A stretch of 64,000 bases of DNA from an uncultured delta proteobacterium (GTDB taxonomy: Bacteria > Myxococcota > Myxococcia > Myxococcales > Anaeromyxobacteraceae): assembly GCA_963814585.1 (NCBI GenBank), contig CAWFDF010000013.1, positions 91,946-155,945 on the forward strand, read 5' to 3'. Made by a program: the position numbers and the translations under genes. The notes under the pieces were generated by a model. That model was not told the origin of the DNA, made no database searches, and worked only from the letters and a program-made list of their open reading frames with translations. Shown here piece after piece: positions 46,167-56,598 of this stretch (positions within the stretch are counted from its first letter, which is position 1; every line of letters starts with the position of its first letter).

Positions 46167-47483
46167 ATGCTGCTGGAAGTCTCCGTCATCCTGCTCCTCA
46201 TCGCCGTGAACGGCGTCTTCGCCGGGGCGGAGATCTCCATCATCTCGGTCCGGCGGAGCCGGCTCCACCAGCTGGTCGAGGACGGACACGCCGGAGCCCG
46301 GGCGGTCCAGGCGCTGCGGGACGTCCCGGAGCGGTTCCTGGCCACCGTCCAGGTGGGCATCACCGTGGTGGGCGCGACGGCGGCCGCCTTCAGCGGCGCG
46401 TCGATCTCGGCCCGCCTGGCGGGCGCCCTCCAGGGGCTGGGCTGGTCCGCCGAGGTGGCCTCCGACGTCGCCCTGGCCATCGTCATCGCGCTCATCTCCT
46501 ACCTGTCGCTGATCTTCGGGGAGCTGGTCCCCAAGTCCCTCGCGCTCCGGGGAGGAGAGTCCTACGCGCTGCTGGTGGCGCGGCCGCTCCAGGCCCTGGC
46601 CTGGCTGGGCAGGCCGCTGGTCTGGCTTCTGACGGCCAGCTCCAACCTGGTCCTCAAGCCGTTCGGCGACGCCACCTCCTTCACCGAGACCCGCCTCTCC
46701 ACCGAGGAGCTGCAGCACCTGGTCGAGGAGGCGGCCCAGTCCGGGTCGCTCGACGCCCGGAGCAGCGAGATCGCGGCGCGGGCCCTCGACTTCGGCGACC
46801 TCACCGCCGCCGCCGTGATGGTGCCGCGGAACCGGATCGTGGCGGTCCCGCTCGGCGCCGGCCAGGCCGCCCTGCGGAAGGTCGTCCTCGGCACGCACTT
46901 CTCCCGGATGCCGGTCTACGACGGCACGCTCGACAACGTGGTCGGCTACATCACCATGCGCGACGTGCTGGCCCTGGCCTGGGACCGGGAGGAGGTGGTC
47001 CTGGCGGACATCCTCCGGCCGGCCTTCTTCGTCCCCGAGACCACCGGGGCGGGGCGGGTGCTGCAGGAGATGCAGCGCCGCCGCGTACCCCTCGCCATCG
47101 TGGTGGACGAGCACGGCGGGGTGGCCGGGCTGATCACGCAGGAGGACCTGGTCGAGGAGCTGGTGGGCGACCTGGCCAGCGAGGACGAGCAGCGGGAGCG
47201 CTCGCTGCGCGTCGAGGCGGACGGGAGCGCCCTGATCAAGGGCTCGACCGCCATCCGCGACATCAACCGCGAGCTCGGCTTCGACCTGCCCGAGGGCGAC
47301 GGCTGGACCACCATCGCCGGGCTCTGCATCGAGCTGTCCGGGGGCATCCCGGCGCCGGGAACGCGCCTGCGGAGCGGCGACCGGCTCCTGGAGGTCGTCG
47401 AGGCCAGCGGCCGGGCGGTCGGCCTGGTCCGGGTGACGTCGGCCCCCGCCTCGACCGGGACCAGGAGCGAGCCCGGTCCCTGA
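46167..47483 (+). CDS. CNNM/hemolysin-family membrane protein (DUF21-CBS-CorC)
   Basis: NGVFAGAE, TVQVGIT, IFGELVPKS, SRMPVY, VVDEHGG, EDLVEELVG. Confidence 0.9.
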   Translation: MLLEVSVILLLIAVNGVFAGAEISIISVRRSRLHQLVEDGHAGARAVQALRDVPERFLATVQVGITVVGATAAAFSGASISARLAGALQGLGWSAEVASDVALAIVIALISYLSLIFGELVPKSLALRGGESYALLVARPLQALAWLGRPLVWLLTASSNLVLKPFGDATSFTETRLSTEELQHLVEEAAQSGSLDARSSEIAARALDFGDLTAAAVMVPRNRIVAVPLGAGQAALRKVVLGTHFSRMPVYDGTLDNVVGYITMRDVLALAWDREEVVLADILRPAFFVPETTGAGRVLQEMQRRRVPLAIVVDEHGGVAGLITQEDLVEELVGDLASEDEQRERSLRVEADGSALIKGSTAIRDINRELGFDLPEGDGWTTIAGLCIELSGGIPAPGTRLRSGDRLLEVVEASGRAVGLVRVTSAPASTGTRSEPGP

Positions 47484-47582
47484 CGGGAGACGCCTGGCCG
47501 GCCGACGCGGCGCGGGCCCCACCCCCGGGCCGGAAGCCCGAGGCGTGGAGCCCGCCGCATGGCCGAGAGGTGCCGGCGTGGC

Positions 47583-50069
47583 CTACTTCGTCTCCTCGAG
47601 CTTCCGGGCGGCCTCCCCTGAGGCCTTCCTCGCCTCGGCCTTGTCCGCCTCTCCCATGGCCTTCACCTCGACCACCACCTTCCTGATGGTGCCGGTGAAC
47701 TTCGAGTCGCGCGGCTGGTAGTCCTCGACCACCGGCGTGCCCTCGTCCATGCCGACGTCGGCGGCGTCGTCGACCGAGAAGATCCCGGGCTGCGTCCGCT
47801 CGATCCGTCCCTGGCCCGCCTTCTTGCCGTTCACCCAGAGGGTCACCAGGCCGCCCTTGGCCCGGCCGCCGCCGTCGTAGGCGAAGTCCATCCTCACCGT
47901 GGCCTTGCCAGCCTGAACCGGCTGCGAGGCGGTGATGGTGGTCCGCTGCAGGCCGAGGAAGTTGTAGGTGTAGACGGGCCGGCCGGCCTTCAGGTGGAGG
48001 CTCCAGCCTCCGAAGCGGCCGCCCTGGCAGAGGATGACGCCGTTGGCGCTGCCCTTCGGGACCTCCAGGTCGGCGGTGATGGTCACCGACCGGTTCTTCA
48101 CGTTGATGAAGGCGTTCTCGGACATCCCGGTCATGCCGGCGTAGAGCGTCAGCGACATGCGGTCGCCCATCAGGTCCGGCCGCCCGACCAGCTTGGCGTC
48201 GAGCCGCTCCATGAGCCGGTCGTCGATGGGCAGGACGTTGTACTTGACCGCCTCCTTCATGAAGAGCTCCTGCAGCTCCTTCAGCTTGGCCGGGTTCTTC
48301 GCGGCCAGGTCCTCCGCCAGGCTGAAGTCGGTCCGGGTGTCGTAGAGGTTCCAGGTGTCCTCGAGGAGCGCGGCGCGCGGCTTCATCTCCCAGGGCGCCC
48401 GGTGGAGCGTCCCGGCCAACCAGCCGTCGGCGTAGATGGCCCGGTTCCCGAAGATCTCGAAGTACTGGACCTTGTGGCGGCTCTCCGCCTTCGCCTCGTC
48501 GAAGGTGTAAGCCATGCTGACGCCCTCGATGGGCCGCTGGACGGTACCATTGACGCTCTTCGGCTCCGGCAGTCCGATCGCCTCGAGGATGGTCGGCGCC
48601 ACGTCGACGACGTGGTGGAACTGAGCCCTCACCTCGTTCTTCGCCTTGAGCCGCTTCGGCCAGTGCACCACCATGCCGTTGCGGGTCCCGCCGAAGCTGG
48701 AGGCCACCTGCTTGGTCCAGGTGAAGGGCGTGTCGCCGGCGACCGCCCAGCCGGCCGCCATGTGGGGGTACGACATGGGCCCGCCCAGCTCGTCGTAGTG
48801 CTTGAGGATGTCCTCGACCTTCTCCTGCACGCCGTTGAAGTAGGTCATCTCGCTGAACATCCCGTTCATGCCGCCCTCGGCGCTCGAGCCGTTGTCGCCG
48901 AGGATGTAGAAGATGAGCGTGTTGTCGAGCTGGCCCAGGTCCTGGAGCGCGTCGATGAGCCGGCCGATCTCGGTGTCGGTGTACTCGCCGAAGGCCGCAT
49001 AGATCTCCATCTGGCGGGTGAAGAGCCTCTTCTCGTCGGCCGAGAGCGTGGCCCAGTCCTTGATGGCCTCGGGCTTGGGAGCGAGCTTCGTGCCGGGCGG
49101 CACCACGCCGAGCTTGATCTGGCGGGCCAGCGTCTCCTCGCGGTAGACGTCCCAGCCCTTGTCGAACTTCCCCTTGTACCTGGCGATCCACTCCCTGGGG
49201 ACGTGGTGCGGCGCATGCGTGGCGCCGGGCGCAAAGTACATGAAGAAGGGCCGGTCCGGGGTCAGCGACTTCTGGTATTGCACCCAGCCGATCGCCTTGT
49301 TCGTCATGTCGTTCATGAAGTGGTACTTCGGGTCCTTGGGCAGCTCGACCATCGACTGGTTGTGATAGACGAGCGGCGCCCACTGGTTGGTCTCGCCCCC
49401 CATGAACCCGTAGAACTCGTCGAAGCCGGATCGGTTCGGCCAGCGCGTGGTCGGCCCGGAGGGGCTGATCTCCCAGGTCGCGGTCTCGTGGTTCTTGCCG
49501 TAGAAGCTGGTGCTGTAGCCATTGAGGCGCAGCATCTCGGCCACCGGGGCCACGTTGTCGGGACGCTGGCCGGTCTGGCCCGGGAAGCCGGTGCCGGTCT
49601 CGGCGATCGAGCCCATGTTGTTGCTGTGGTGGTTGCGGCCGCTCAGCAGGGCGGTGCGCGTCGGCGAGCACAGGGCGGTGGTGTGGAACTGGTTGTAGCG
49701 GAGCCCCTGGCTGGCCAGCCGGTCCGCAGTCGGCATGCGCACCGCTCCCCCGAAGGTGCTCGACATGCCGAAGCCCATGTCGTCGATGAGGATGATCATC
49801 ACGTTGGGCGCGCCGTCCGGCGCCTTCACCTCGAAGCGCGGCGGAGGCTTCACCTTGCGGGCGTCGAGCTCGGTGATGGGCGGGTAGGTCGGCTCGGGGA
49901 TGGGCAGGACGGAGCGGTCGAGCTTCATGGCCGTCGCCGGCGTCGCCTGCGGCGAGGGGGCCGCCGGGGCCGCGGGAGCGGCCGGCGCGGGCTGTCCCTG
50001 GCACCCCACCGCCACCACCAGCCCGGCGACCAGCAGGGCGTGCTTCCAGCAGGTCTTCATGGATTCCAT
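47583..50069 (-). CDS. Arylsulfatase lipoprotein (Cys-type)
   Basis: Lipobox VAVGC, PNVMIILIDDMG, CSPTR (CxPxR), GKNH, HAPHH, GDNG; GGAG RBS. Confidence 0.92.
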   Translation of the reverse strand: MESMKTCWKHALLVAGLVVAVGCQGQPAPAAPAAPAAPSPQATPATAMKLDRSVLPIPEPTYPPITELDARKVKPPPRFEVKAPDGAPNVMIILIDDMGFGMSSTFGGAVRMPTADRLASQGLRYNQFHTTALCSPTRTALLSGRNHHSNNMGSIAETGTGFPGQTGQRPDNVAPVAEMLRLNGYSTSFYGKNHETATWEISPSGPTTRWPNRSGFDEFYGFMGGETNQWAPLVYHNQSMVELPKDPKYHFMNDMTNKAIGWVQYQKSLTPDRPFFMYFAPGATHAPHHVPREWIARYKGKFDKGWDVYREETLARQIKLGVVPPGTKLAPKPEAIKDWATLSADEKRLFTRQMEIYAAFGEYTDTEIGRLIDALQDLGQLDNTLIFYILGDNGSSAEGGMNGMFSEMTYFNGVQEKVEDILKHYDELGGPMSYPHMAAGWAVAGDTPFTWTKQVASSFGGTRNGMVVHWPKRLKAKNEVRAQFHHVVDVAPTILEAIGLPEPKSVNGTVQRPIEGVSMAYTFDEAKAESRHKVQYFEIFGNRAIYADGWLAGTLHRAPWEMKPRAALLEDTWNLYDTRTDFSLAEDLAAKNPAKLKELQELFMKEAVKYNVLPIDDRLMERLDAKLVGRPDLMGDRMSLTLYAGMTGMSENAFINVKNRSVTITADLEVPKGSANGVILCQGGRFGGWSLHLKAGRPVYTYNFLGLQRTTITASQPVQAGKATVRMDFAYDGGGRAKGGLVTLWVNGKKAGQGRIERTQPGIFSVDDAADVGMDEGTPVVEDYQPRDSKFTGTIRKVVVEVKAMGEADKAEARKASGEAARKLEETK

Positions 50070-50282
50070 GTCGTGTCTCCCTGTTGGCCGGCCCAGGTAC
50101 CAGCCGATCGGCGTCGCGTCGACCCGAGGGGGTGGGTGGGGGGCCAGCGAAGGGTAGCATCCGGGACTCGGGGTTGCCGGACCACTTCGGGGCGTGGGTC
50201 CGACCAGCGAGGGTGACGCCGGGTTCACCGTCGCCGGGCTCCGGATCGAGCTGGCCGGAGGGGTCCCGCAGCCGGGCGCGCC

Positions 50283-50381
50283 CTACTCCAGCACCAGCAA
50301 CGCGTAGTTCCGCTTCCCCTTCTGCAGCAGCACGTAGCCGCCGGCCAGCAGGTCGCCCACGGCGAGCTTCTGCTCCGGATC
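50283..50381 (-). CDS. tyrS: C-terminal 32 aa of tyrosine--tRNA ligase, truncated by the segment junction
   Basis: [32 protein letters not shown] resembles the TyrRS S4-domain tail (LLxKGKxxY). Confidence 0.7.
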   Translation of the reverse strand, partial: DPEQKLAVGDLLAGGYVLLQKGKRNYALLVLE

Positions 50382-52839
50382 AACATGGAGTCCTGCAAAT
50401 AACGGGCTGTTAAATCAGAAAGTTAATACAATAATTGTAAAAGACAATTATCTGTTTGCCGGTACTTTTGGTGGTGTTTTTCGCTCTTCTGATAATGCGC
50501 AAAATTGGACTGCCATGAACAATGGACTTACGGATACCTTTATTAATTCCATTTGCGTAAAGGATTTATATTTATTTGCTGGTTGATATCGTTCAAGTGA
50601 CAATGGAAATAGTTGGATAAAAAAGGATTCAGGGCTATCCCCTTACAACCTTAATATTTTGGCATCCGGTAACGGTAATGTTTATTGGGGGGAAGCGGGT
50701 TTTGTTTTATACAGTAACAATAATGGTCTTGACTGGAATGGTATAAGCGATTTGGATGGAAATGCCAAGTCATTATTAGTCAAGGGATGGCAACTATTTA
50801 TTGGGTCTAGTTATTTGGGGGAAGTATTAATGTCCGAGTTTGTTAATGGGGAATGGCAGACCACCAAAATTAACAATGGTTTTTATTCTACAGGGAACGC
50901 CATGCTTCTATCTGATGGGAAAATATTGGCTGGCGGTAGCGGAGGTGTATATTTATACGATTCTTCAAAGATGGTTTGGTCTAGTGTAAATCAGGGATTT
51001 GGAAATAATAATAGCAGATATATCTTATCCCTTGCAAAGCTTGGCGATACGATATTTGCCGGAACTTATGGCAGTGGAATATGGAAACAGGCGTTTTCAG
51101 ATATAAAGATCCAAAATCTTCTGCTGCCAATAGATCAATCCATGGATCAACCTTTGGCAAGTCGTTTCAGTTGGACTTCATTAAGCGACATCGAAAATTA
51201 TGAACTTCAATTTTCCGGAGATAAAAAATTTTCTGATGTAGTAAAAAGGATATTAGGACTTAAAGACACAACAACTTTGGTAACTGATTTAGCTACAGGT
51301 GCTACCTATTATTGGAGAGTAGTCAATCATTTTAATAATGGGTCTTCTGATATATCCCCTTATCACACTTTCAGCACAATTCCTTCTGTTCCGTATTCTA
51401 TAGAACTTAATTCGCCAGGTGATAATAATAAAAATCAGCCTCTTACAATTGTCCTATACTGGCACCGTATATATACAATCATTCCTACAAAGGTCACTTA
51501 TACGCTGCAAGTGTCAACTGATTCCTCTTTTTCAACAACCATATTTTCACAAAGTGGCATCCCAGATTTCTGGCAAGAGATTACAGGATTATCGTACAAA
51601 AAAACCTATTATTGGCGGGTAAACGCCACGAATAGTACAGGTACAGGTGAGTGGTCGGATTTTTATAGGTTTACAACCATCAATCCTCCAATTATAGAAC
51701 CTTCACCACCTTCAACGCCGACACTTGTTTCTCCTGCAAACCTTTCCATTGAACAACCGTTGCCAATTACTTTTTCATGGATTGCCGTGCCTACTGCAAC
51801 TTCATACTCATTACAAGTTTCATCAGATTCAATTTTCAATCCTATTATTGATCTAAACTGGATTGTTCCAGATAGTCTGGTTGTAAAAACTCTTTCAGGC
51901 AATTCAACATATTATTGGAGAGTACGAGCGGCTAATAATAATGGTAACAGTGAGTGGTCAACAATTAATAAATTTGTCACAAAAATATCACCCCCTTACT
52001 TGCTTTCACAATCAGATTATGGATATAATGTTACCATTCCTTCTCAGTTTAAATGGCAATCCGTTGCAACTGCATCATCCTATTTTATGCAAATTGCCCT
52101 AGATACTTCTTTTATGTCACCTATTGTAAACTATGTGGGTATTTCTGATACAGTTCAAGTTGTTGACAGTCTATTAATAAACACAACTTACTATTGGAGG
52201 GTATGTGCTGCAAATGTATTGGGTAGTGTAAGTTTATGGTCCAGGCCAAATATGTTTTTCACTATAACAGAACCAACTTCAATTCTTACTTTGGTAGCTC
52301 CGGCTTTATCTGATACCATTCTCACATGGTCACCTAACTTTATATGGCATAGAGGTGATGCCTCAAACTTTGGATATGAAATAGAAATTGGGCTGGATTC
52401 AGGGTTTTTAAGTCCATCTCTTGATTCAATAGTCTATGACACGAGCCTGATAGTTCAGACCTTACAAAAAGAACAAACATATTGGTGGCGGGTTAGGGCC
52501 ATTAATGAAGGCGGGTTGGGGCCATTTAGTATTTCCCGTAGCTTTTATTTTAAACCCGAAGGAGCTGGAATTTCATCTTCATTACAGAAATTACCAAATC
52601 AGCTTTTTTTAACAGCCAATGGCAAATTTATTCAATATGAGCTGAATAAATCTTATTATGTATCATTGCAGTTGTTTGATATAAAGGGTCGTCGAATTAT
52701 ATCCCAAATAAATCATGAGCAGGCAGCTGGCAGATATAGTATTTCTCTTTCAAATGAAGCTTTGTCCACAGGATATTATATGGCAGTTTTAAGAGCAGGG
52801 AATAGTAAACTTACCAAGGGACTTGTAGTATTGAGGTAG
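50377..52839 (+). CDS. 5'-truncated secreted protein: Asp-box beta-propeller + five FN3-like repeats + T9SS-like C-terminal domain; one in-frame TGA at 50584
   Basis: [24 protein letters not shown]; five (Y/W)WRV repeats; tail [10 protein letters not shown]...LSTGYY...TKGLVVLR. Confidence 0.75.
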
Positions 52840-52920
52840 CGTAAAACCATAAAAGACAGCAATAATATGAGTAATTATATTACTCTCAACCCCAAATCCA
52901 TATAGTATATTATTATCATA

Positions 52921-54545
52921 ATGTCATCCATTTCCAAACAGCATAGCAGCCAGTTAATCAAGGAAGCTCTAACCGAGATTGCTTTGAGCGGAGAAAGTCT
53001 TCACGAGAAGCTTTCTCAAATCTCAAAGTTGGGTCCGGATGAAGTTACTTCACTTATCCGTGAACATTTTAATTCCCCCATTGTTGACCTTGCATCCTGC
53101 AAGATTCAGCAGGAGGCGCTTTCCCTTATTCCTGAAAATGTTGCCCGTCATTATGCTGTGCTGCCAATTGAATTAACCGGCAAATCTTTAAAGGTTGCCA
53201 TGAACGACCCAACGGATTTTGCACTTATCCGTGAATTACGCTTTATCAGCCGCAAGACAATTGAACCTCTTCTTTCCAGCCGCACGGTTATTCAAAAGAT
53301 GATAGACACTGCCTATGGCAAACGCTCCTCAAATCCGGCTACCTCAACAACAGGCGCCAATAAAACGACCGCTCATTCACTGCACGGCCATGGCAAATCT
53401 CCAGTGGTAAAGCTTGTAAACGAACTCATAGTAAGCGCTATTCGCAAGAATGCTTCTGACATCCATTTCGAACCCTCAGAAGCAGACCTTAAGGTACGCT
53501 TCCGTATTGACGGTGTATTGCAGGAGATAAGCTCCATTCCCAATGTAAAAAAGGCTGAGGTATTAAGCCGTATCAAGATTATGGCTTCTTTGGATATTGC
53601 CGAGAAACGGCGACCACAGGATGGCAAAATCCGTGTGGATAATGATGGGCATGGAATAGATATCCGTGTTTCCACACTTCCAACAACCTTTGGCGAAAAG
53701 ATTGTGCTTCGCATACTCGACAAATCCAATGTTGCCCTTAATTTAACTTCCCTTGGAATGGATCAGGGCAAGCTCAAAGCTTTTGAAGATGTTATTGTCC
53801 GGCCTTATGGAATGGTCTTGTTACAGGCCCAACAGGTTCCGGCAAAACAACAACCCTTTATGCCGCATTAAACCGGCTCAAATCATCAGCAGTAAATATA
53901 TCAACGGTTGAAGACCCCATTGAATATCACCTTGACGGTATAAACCAGACCCATGTAAAACCCGAAATAGGTCTCTCTTTTTCAGCAGCTTTGCGCACAC
54001 TTTTAAGGCAAGACCCAAACATCATCATGGTAGGCGAAATCCGAGACCGGGAGACGGCTGATATTGCTGTCAGGGCTGCTTTAACAGGCCACCTGGTACT
54101 TTCCACGCTTCACACCAATGATGCGCCAGGGGCCATTGTACGCCTTCAGGACATGGGTATAGAGTCTTTCCTTATCACATCCTCGGTAATGCAGGTTGTG
54201 GCTCAAAGGCTTGTCCGGCGAATATGCGATGCCTGCAAAGAAGAGATCATGCTTACACCTCAATTTGCCGAGGAGCTTGGGATTAAAGGCTCAGTGTACA
54301 AGGGTAAAGGCTGTCCTGATTGCAACCAGAGTGGCTATCGTGGCCGGATTGGTCTATACGAAGTCATGACACTCTCAGAAGAAATTAAACGACTGATAAT
54401 TGATCGTCAAAGTGTAAGCCAAATACGTGATCTTGCCATTGCTCAGGGCATGGTAACTCTTCGTCAGGATGGTATTGCCAAGATAAAAGCAGGTGTTACC
54501 ACAGTCGAAGAGGTAATGCGCGAAACCGTTAACAGCACAAGTTAG
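52921..54545 (+). CDS. GspE/PilB assembly ATPase, 1-nt deletion near 53818
   Basis: [16 protein letters not shown], Walker [12 protein letters not shown] restored across the shift, [27 protein letters not shown], CxxC...CxxC. Confidence 0.92.
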
Positions 54546-54568
54546 CTTAAAATTGATTTGAAACCTGT

Positions 54569-54596
54569 AAAACAGGCTATAATGCCTGTTTTTTTT
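54569..54596 (+). terminator. Intrinsic terminator-like hairpin between the ATPase and secretin genes
   Basis: AAAACAGGC-TATAAT-GCCTGTTTT followed by a T-run. Confidence 0.6.
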
Positions 54597-54621
54597 GTAC
54601 CTAATTGGAGGAAAGTGCTTT

Positions 54622-56592
54622 ATGAAATTAACAAACTTAATGATATTGTCAATACTCTTGGCAGGTTTTCATCTCTTTTCTCAAACTTTGGATAGCAATA
54701 ATGTAAATAAAACAAAAAGTGTTAATATTGAAAACAAGGATTCTCTTGTCAAGGAAGCTGATCTTCCCATTTCAGACACCATTATCATACAATCACTTGA
54801 CTTTAGGAGTGCTGATATCCGTGATGTATTCCGTGGTTTTGCCACAAAATACAACCTCAATATCTGGCTTGCGCCGGAAGTTGTTGGGGTTATTCCGGTT
54901 CATTTGACCAATATAAAACTCAAAGATGCCATCAAATTTATCCTGGTCCAGTATGGTTTTAAATATCGTTTTCGCAACAGTATCATTGAGATTTATAAAC
55001 CAGTTGAAATAAAAGTGGAGGCCCCAAAGCCGCCGGTTTCAATCCGCATGGAAAATGAAAAGATATCATTTGATTTAAAAGATGCTGACATTGATTCCGT
55101 GCTGCGTAAATACAGCCAGCTTACGGGTATCAATGTTACAAAAGACAAAGGAGTTCAAGGTAGTGTTTCCGCATTCTTGACAAACATGGACAAGAAAAAA
55201 GGCTTTCGTCTTTTGTTCGAAAGCAATGGGTACGAAGTCAAGGAAGCAAATAATGTCTTTAACATTTCATTGCCAAAAACAGAACAAAACCAGTCAGGTC
55301 TATCCATGTCGGGTTTAATAAGCAGTAGTGCGAGCTCCGGCAGCCGCTTTTCTGTTGAGGTTATCGATGGCAGGGTTAAAATGGATGTCAGTAATGGAGA
55401 ATTAAAACAGGTTATAGGTGAAATTGCTTCACAGAGCGGAATAAATATTTTCATGTATGGGGAACTTAAGGGAAAAGTAAGCGCTCATGCCGAGAGCTTG
55501 ACAGTTGATGCGGCTTTTCAATATTTGCTTGAAAACACATCCTTTACATTCTGGCGAAACAATCATGTTTATTTCATAGGCGAGGAATCATCAAGGAAAA
55601 ACGTTAACAGCGATTTTATTCCCATGAAATATATTCAAGCCGAAGAGGTGGCAGACCTTTTGCCCAAGAGTATTCTGGAAAAGGCAGCTATCAAGGTTAT
55701 TAAGGGGCAAAACGGGATCATGGTAATAGGCCCCTATGATGTTATTACCTCAACAAAAGAGTATCTTGGCATGATAGACAAACCCATTGCCCAGATATTA
55801 ATCGAAGCACTGGTGGTTGACTTTTCAGTAGAACATATGTACGAAGTGGGCTTCAAGGCCTTTATGAAAGGTTCAAAAGATAGTTCTGAATTTGTTGACA
55901 GCTATTTTCCTGCTGTAAATGCACAGGCCAGGGGAGATAATATTAATAAGCATATCGGGTATTTCCTCAAGCTTATCAATATAAATCAGATTGTCCGCTT
56001 GCCATCAGACTTCAGGGCACAACTGGGACTCATGGAAAACATGGGGCTTCTTGATATCCAATCCACTCCACAGGTTGCAACCTTAAACGGCCACACTGCG
56101 GAAATTAAAATCGGCACCAAGGAATACATCCTTCTTACAAGTGATCTCGAAACCAATGGCGGCAGTGTTGTGCAGCAGAAAACAACAGAGCGTTTGGAAA
56201 GCTATGAAGCTAATGTTTCACTCTCAGTAACGCCCTGGGTTACAAGTAATAAAGAAGTAAACGTCGAGGTAAAGCCTTTGTTTCAGATACCGGGTAAAAG
56301 CCCAATGCCGGGCAAGATTCCACCGCCCATTAATTCCCGTGAGATTAAATCAACAGTTCGGCTTAAAGATGGTGAGACCTATATTCTTGGCGGTTTAATC
56401 TCAACCAACATTAATGATTCTCGGGAAAGCATTCCCCTATTAGGCCGGATTCCTATACTGGGCTGGCTTTTCAGCTATAAAACAAAAAAGGTCACCAAAG
56501 ATAAACTCATGATCTTCCTTACACCCCATGTCTATTACGGAAGCGAAGCTGCTGTTAATTACGATGAAGTTACCAAAGGCTGGAAGGAATAA
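54622..56592 (+). CDS. Secretin (GspD/PilQ family)
   Basis: Signal peptide, three STN/N0-like repeats, QILIEALVVD, STPQVATLNG, LGRIPILGWLF, LMIFLTPH; GGAGG RBS. Confidence 0.92.
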   Translation: MKLTNLMILSILLAGFHLFSQTLDSNNVNKTKSVNIENKDSLVKEADLPISDTIIIQSLDFRSADIRDVFRGFATKYNLNIWLAPEVVGVIPVHLTNIKLKDAIKFILVQYGFKYRFRNSIIEIYKPVEIKVEAPKPPVSIRMENEKISFDLKDADIDSVLRKYSQLTGINVTKDKGVQGSVSAFLTNMDKKKGFRLLFESNGYEVKEANNVFNISLPKTEQNQSGLSMSGLISSSASSGSRFSVEVIDGRVKMDVSNGELKQVIGEIASQSGINIFMYGELKGKVSAHAESLTVDAAFQYLLENTSFTFWRNNHVYFIGEESSRKNVNSDFIPMKYIQAEEVADLLPKSILEKAAIKVIKGQNGIMVIGPYDVITSTKEYLGMIDKPIAQILIEALVVDFSVEHMYEVGFKAFMKGSKDSSEFVDSYFPAVNAQARGDNINKHIGYFLKLININQIVRLPSDFRAQLGLMENMGLLDIQSTPQVATLNGHTAEIKIGTKEYILLTSDLETNGGSVVQQKTTERLESYEANVSLSVTPWVTSNKEVNVEVKPLFQIPGKSPMPGKIPPPINSREIKSTVRLKDGETYILGGLISTNINDSRESIPLLGRIPILGWLFSYKTKKVTKDKLMIFLTPHVYYGSEAAVNYDEVTKGWKE

Positions 56593-56598
56593 CAAGTA

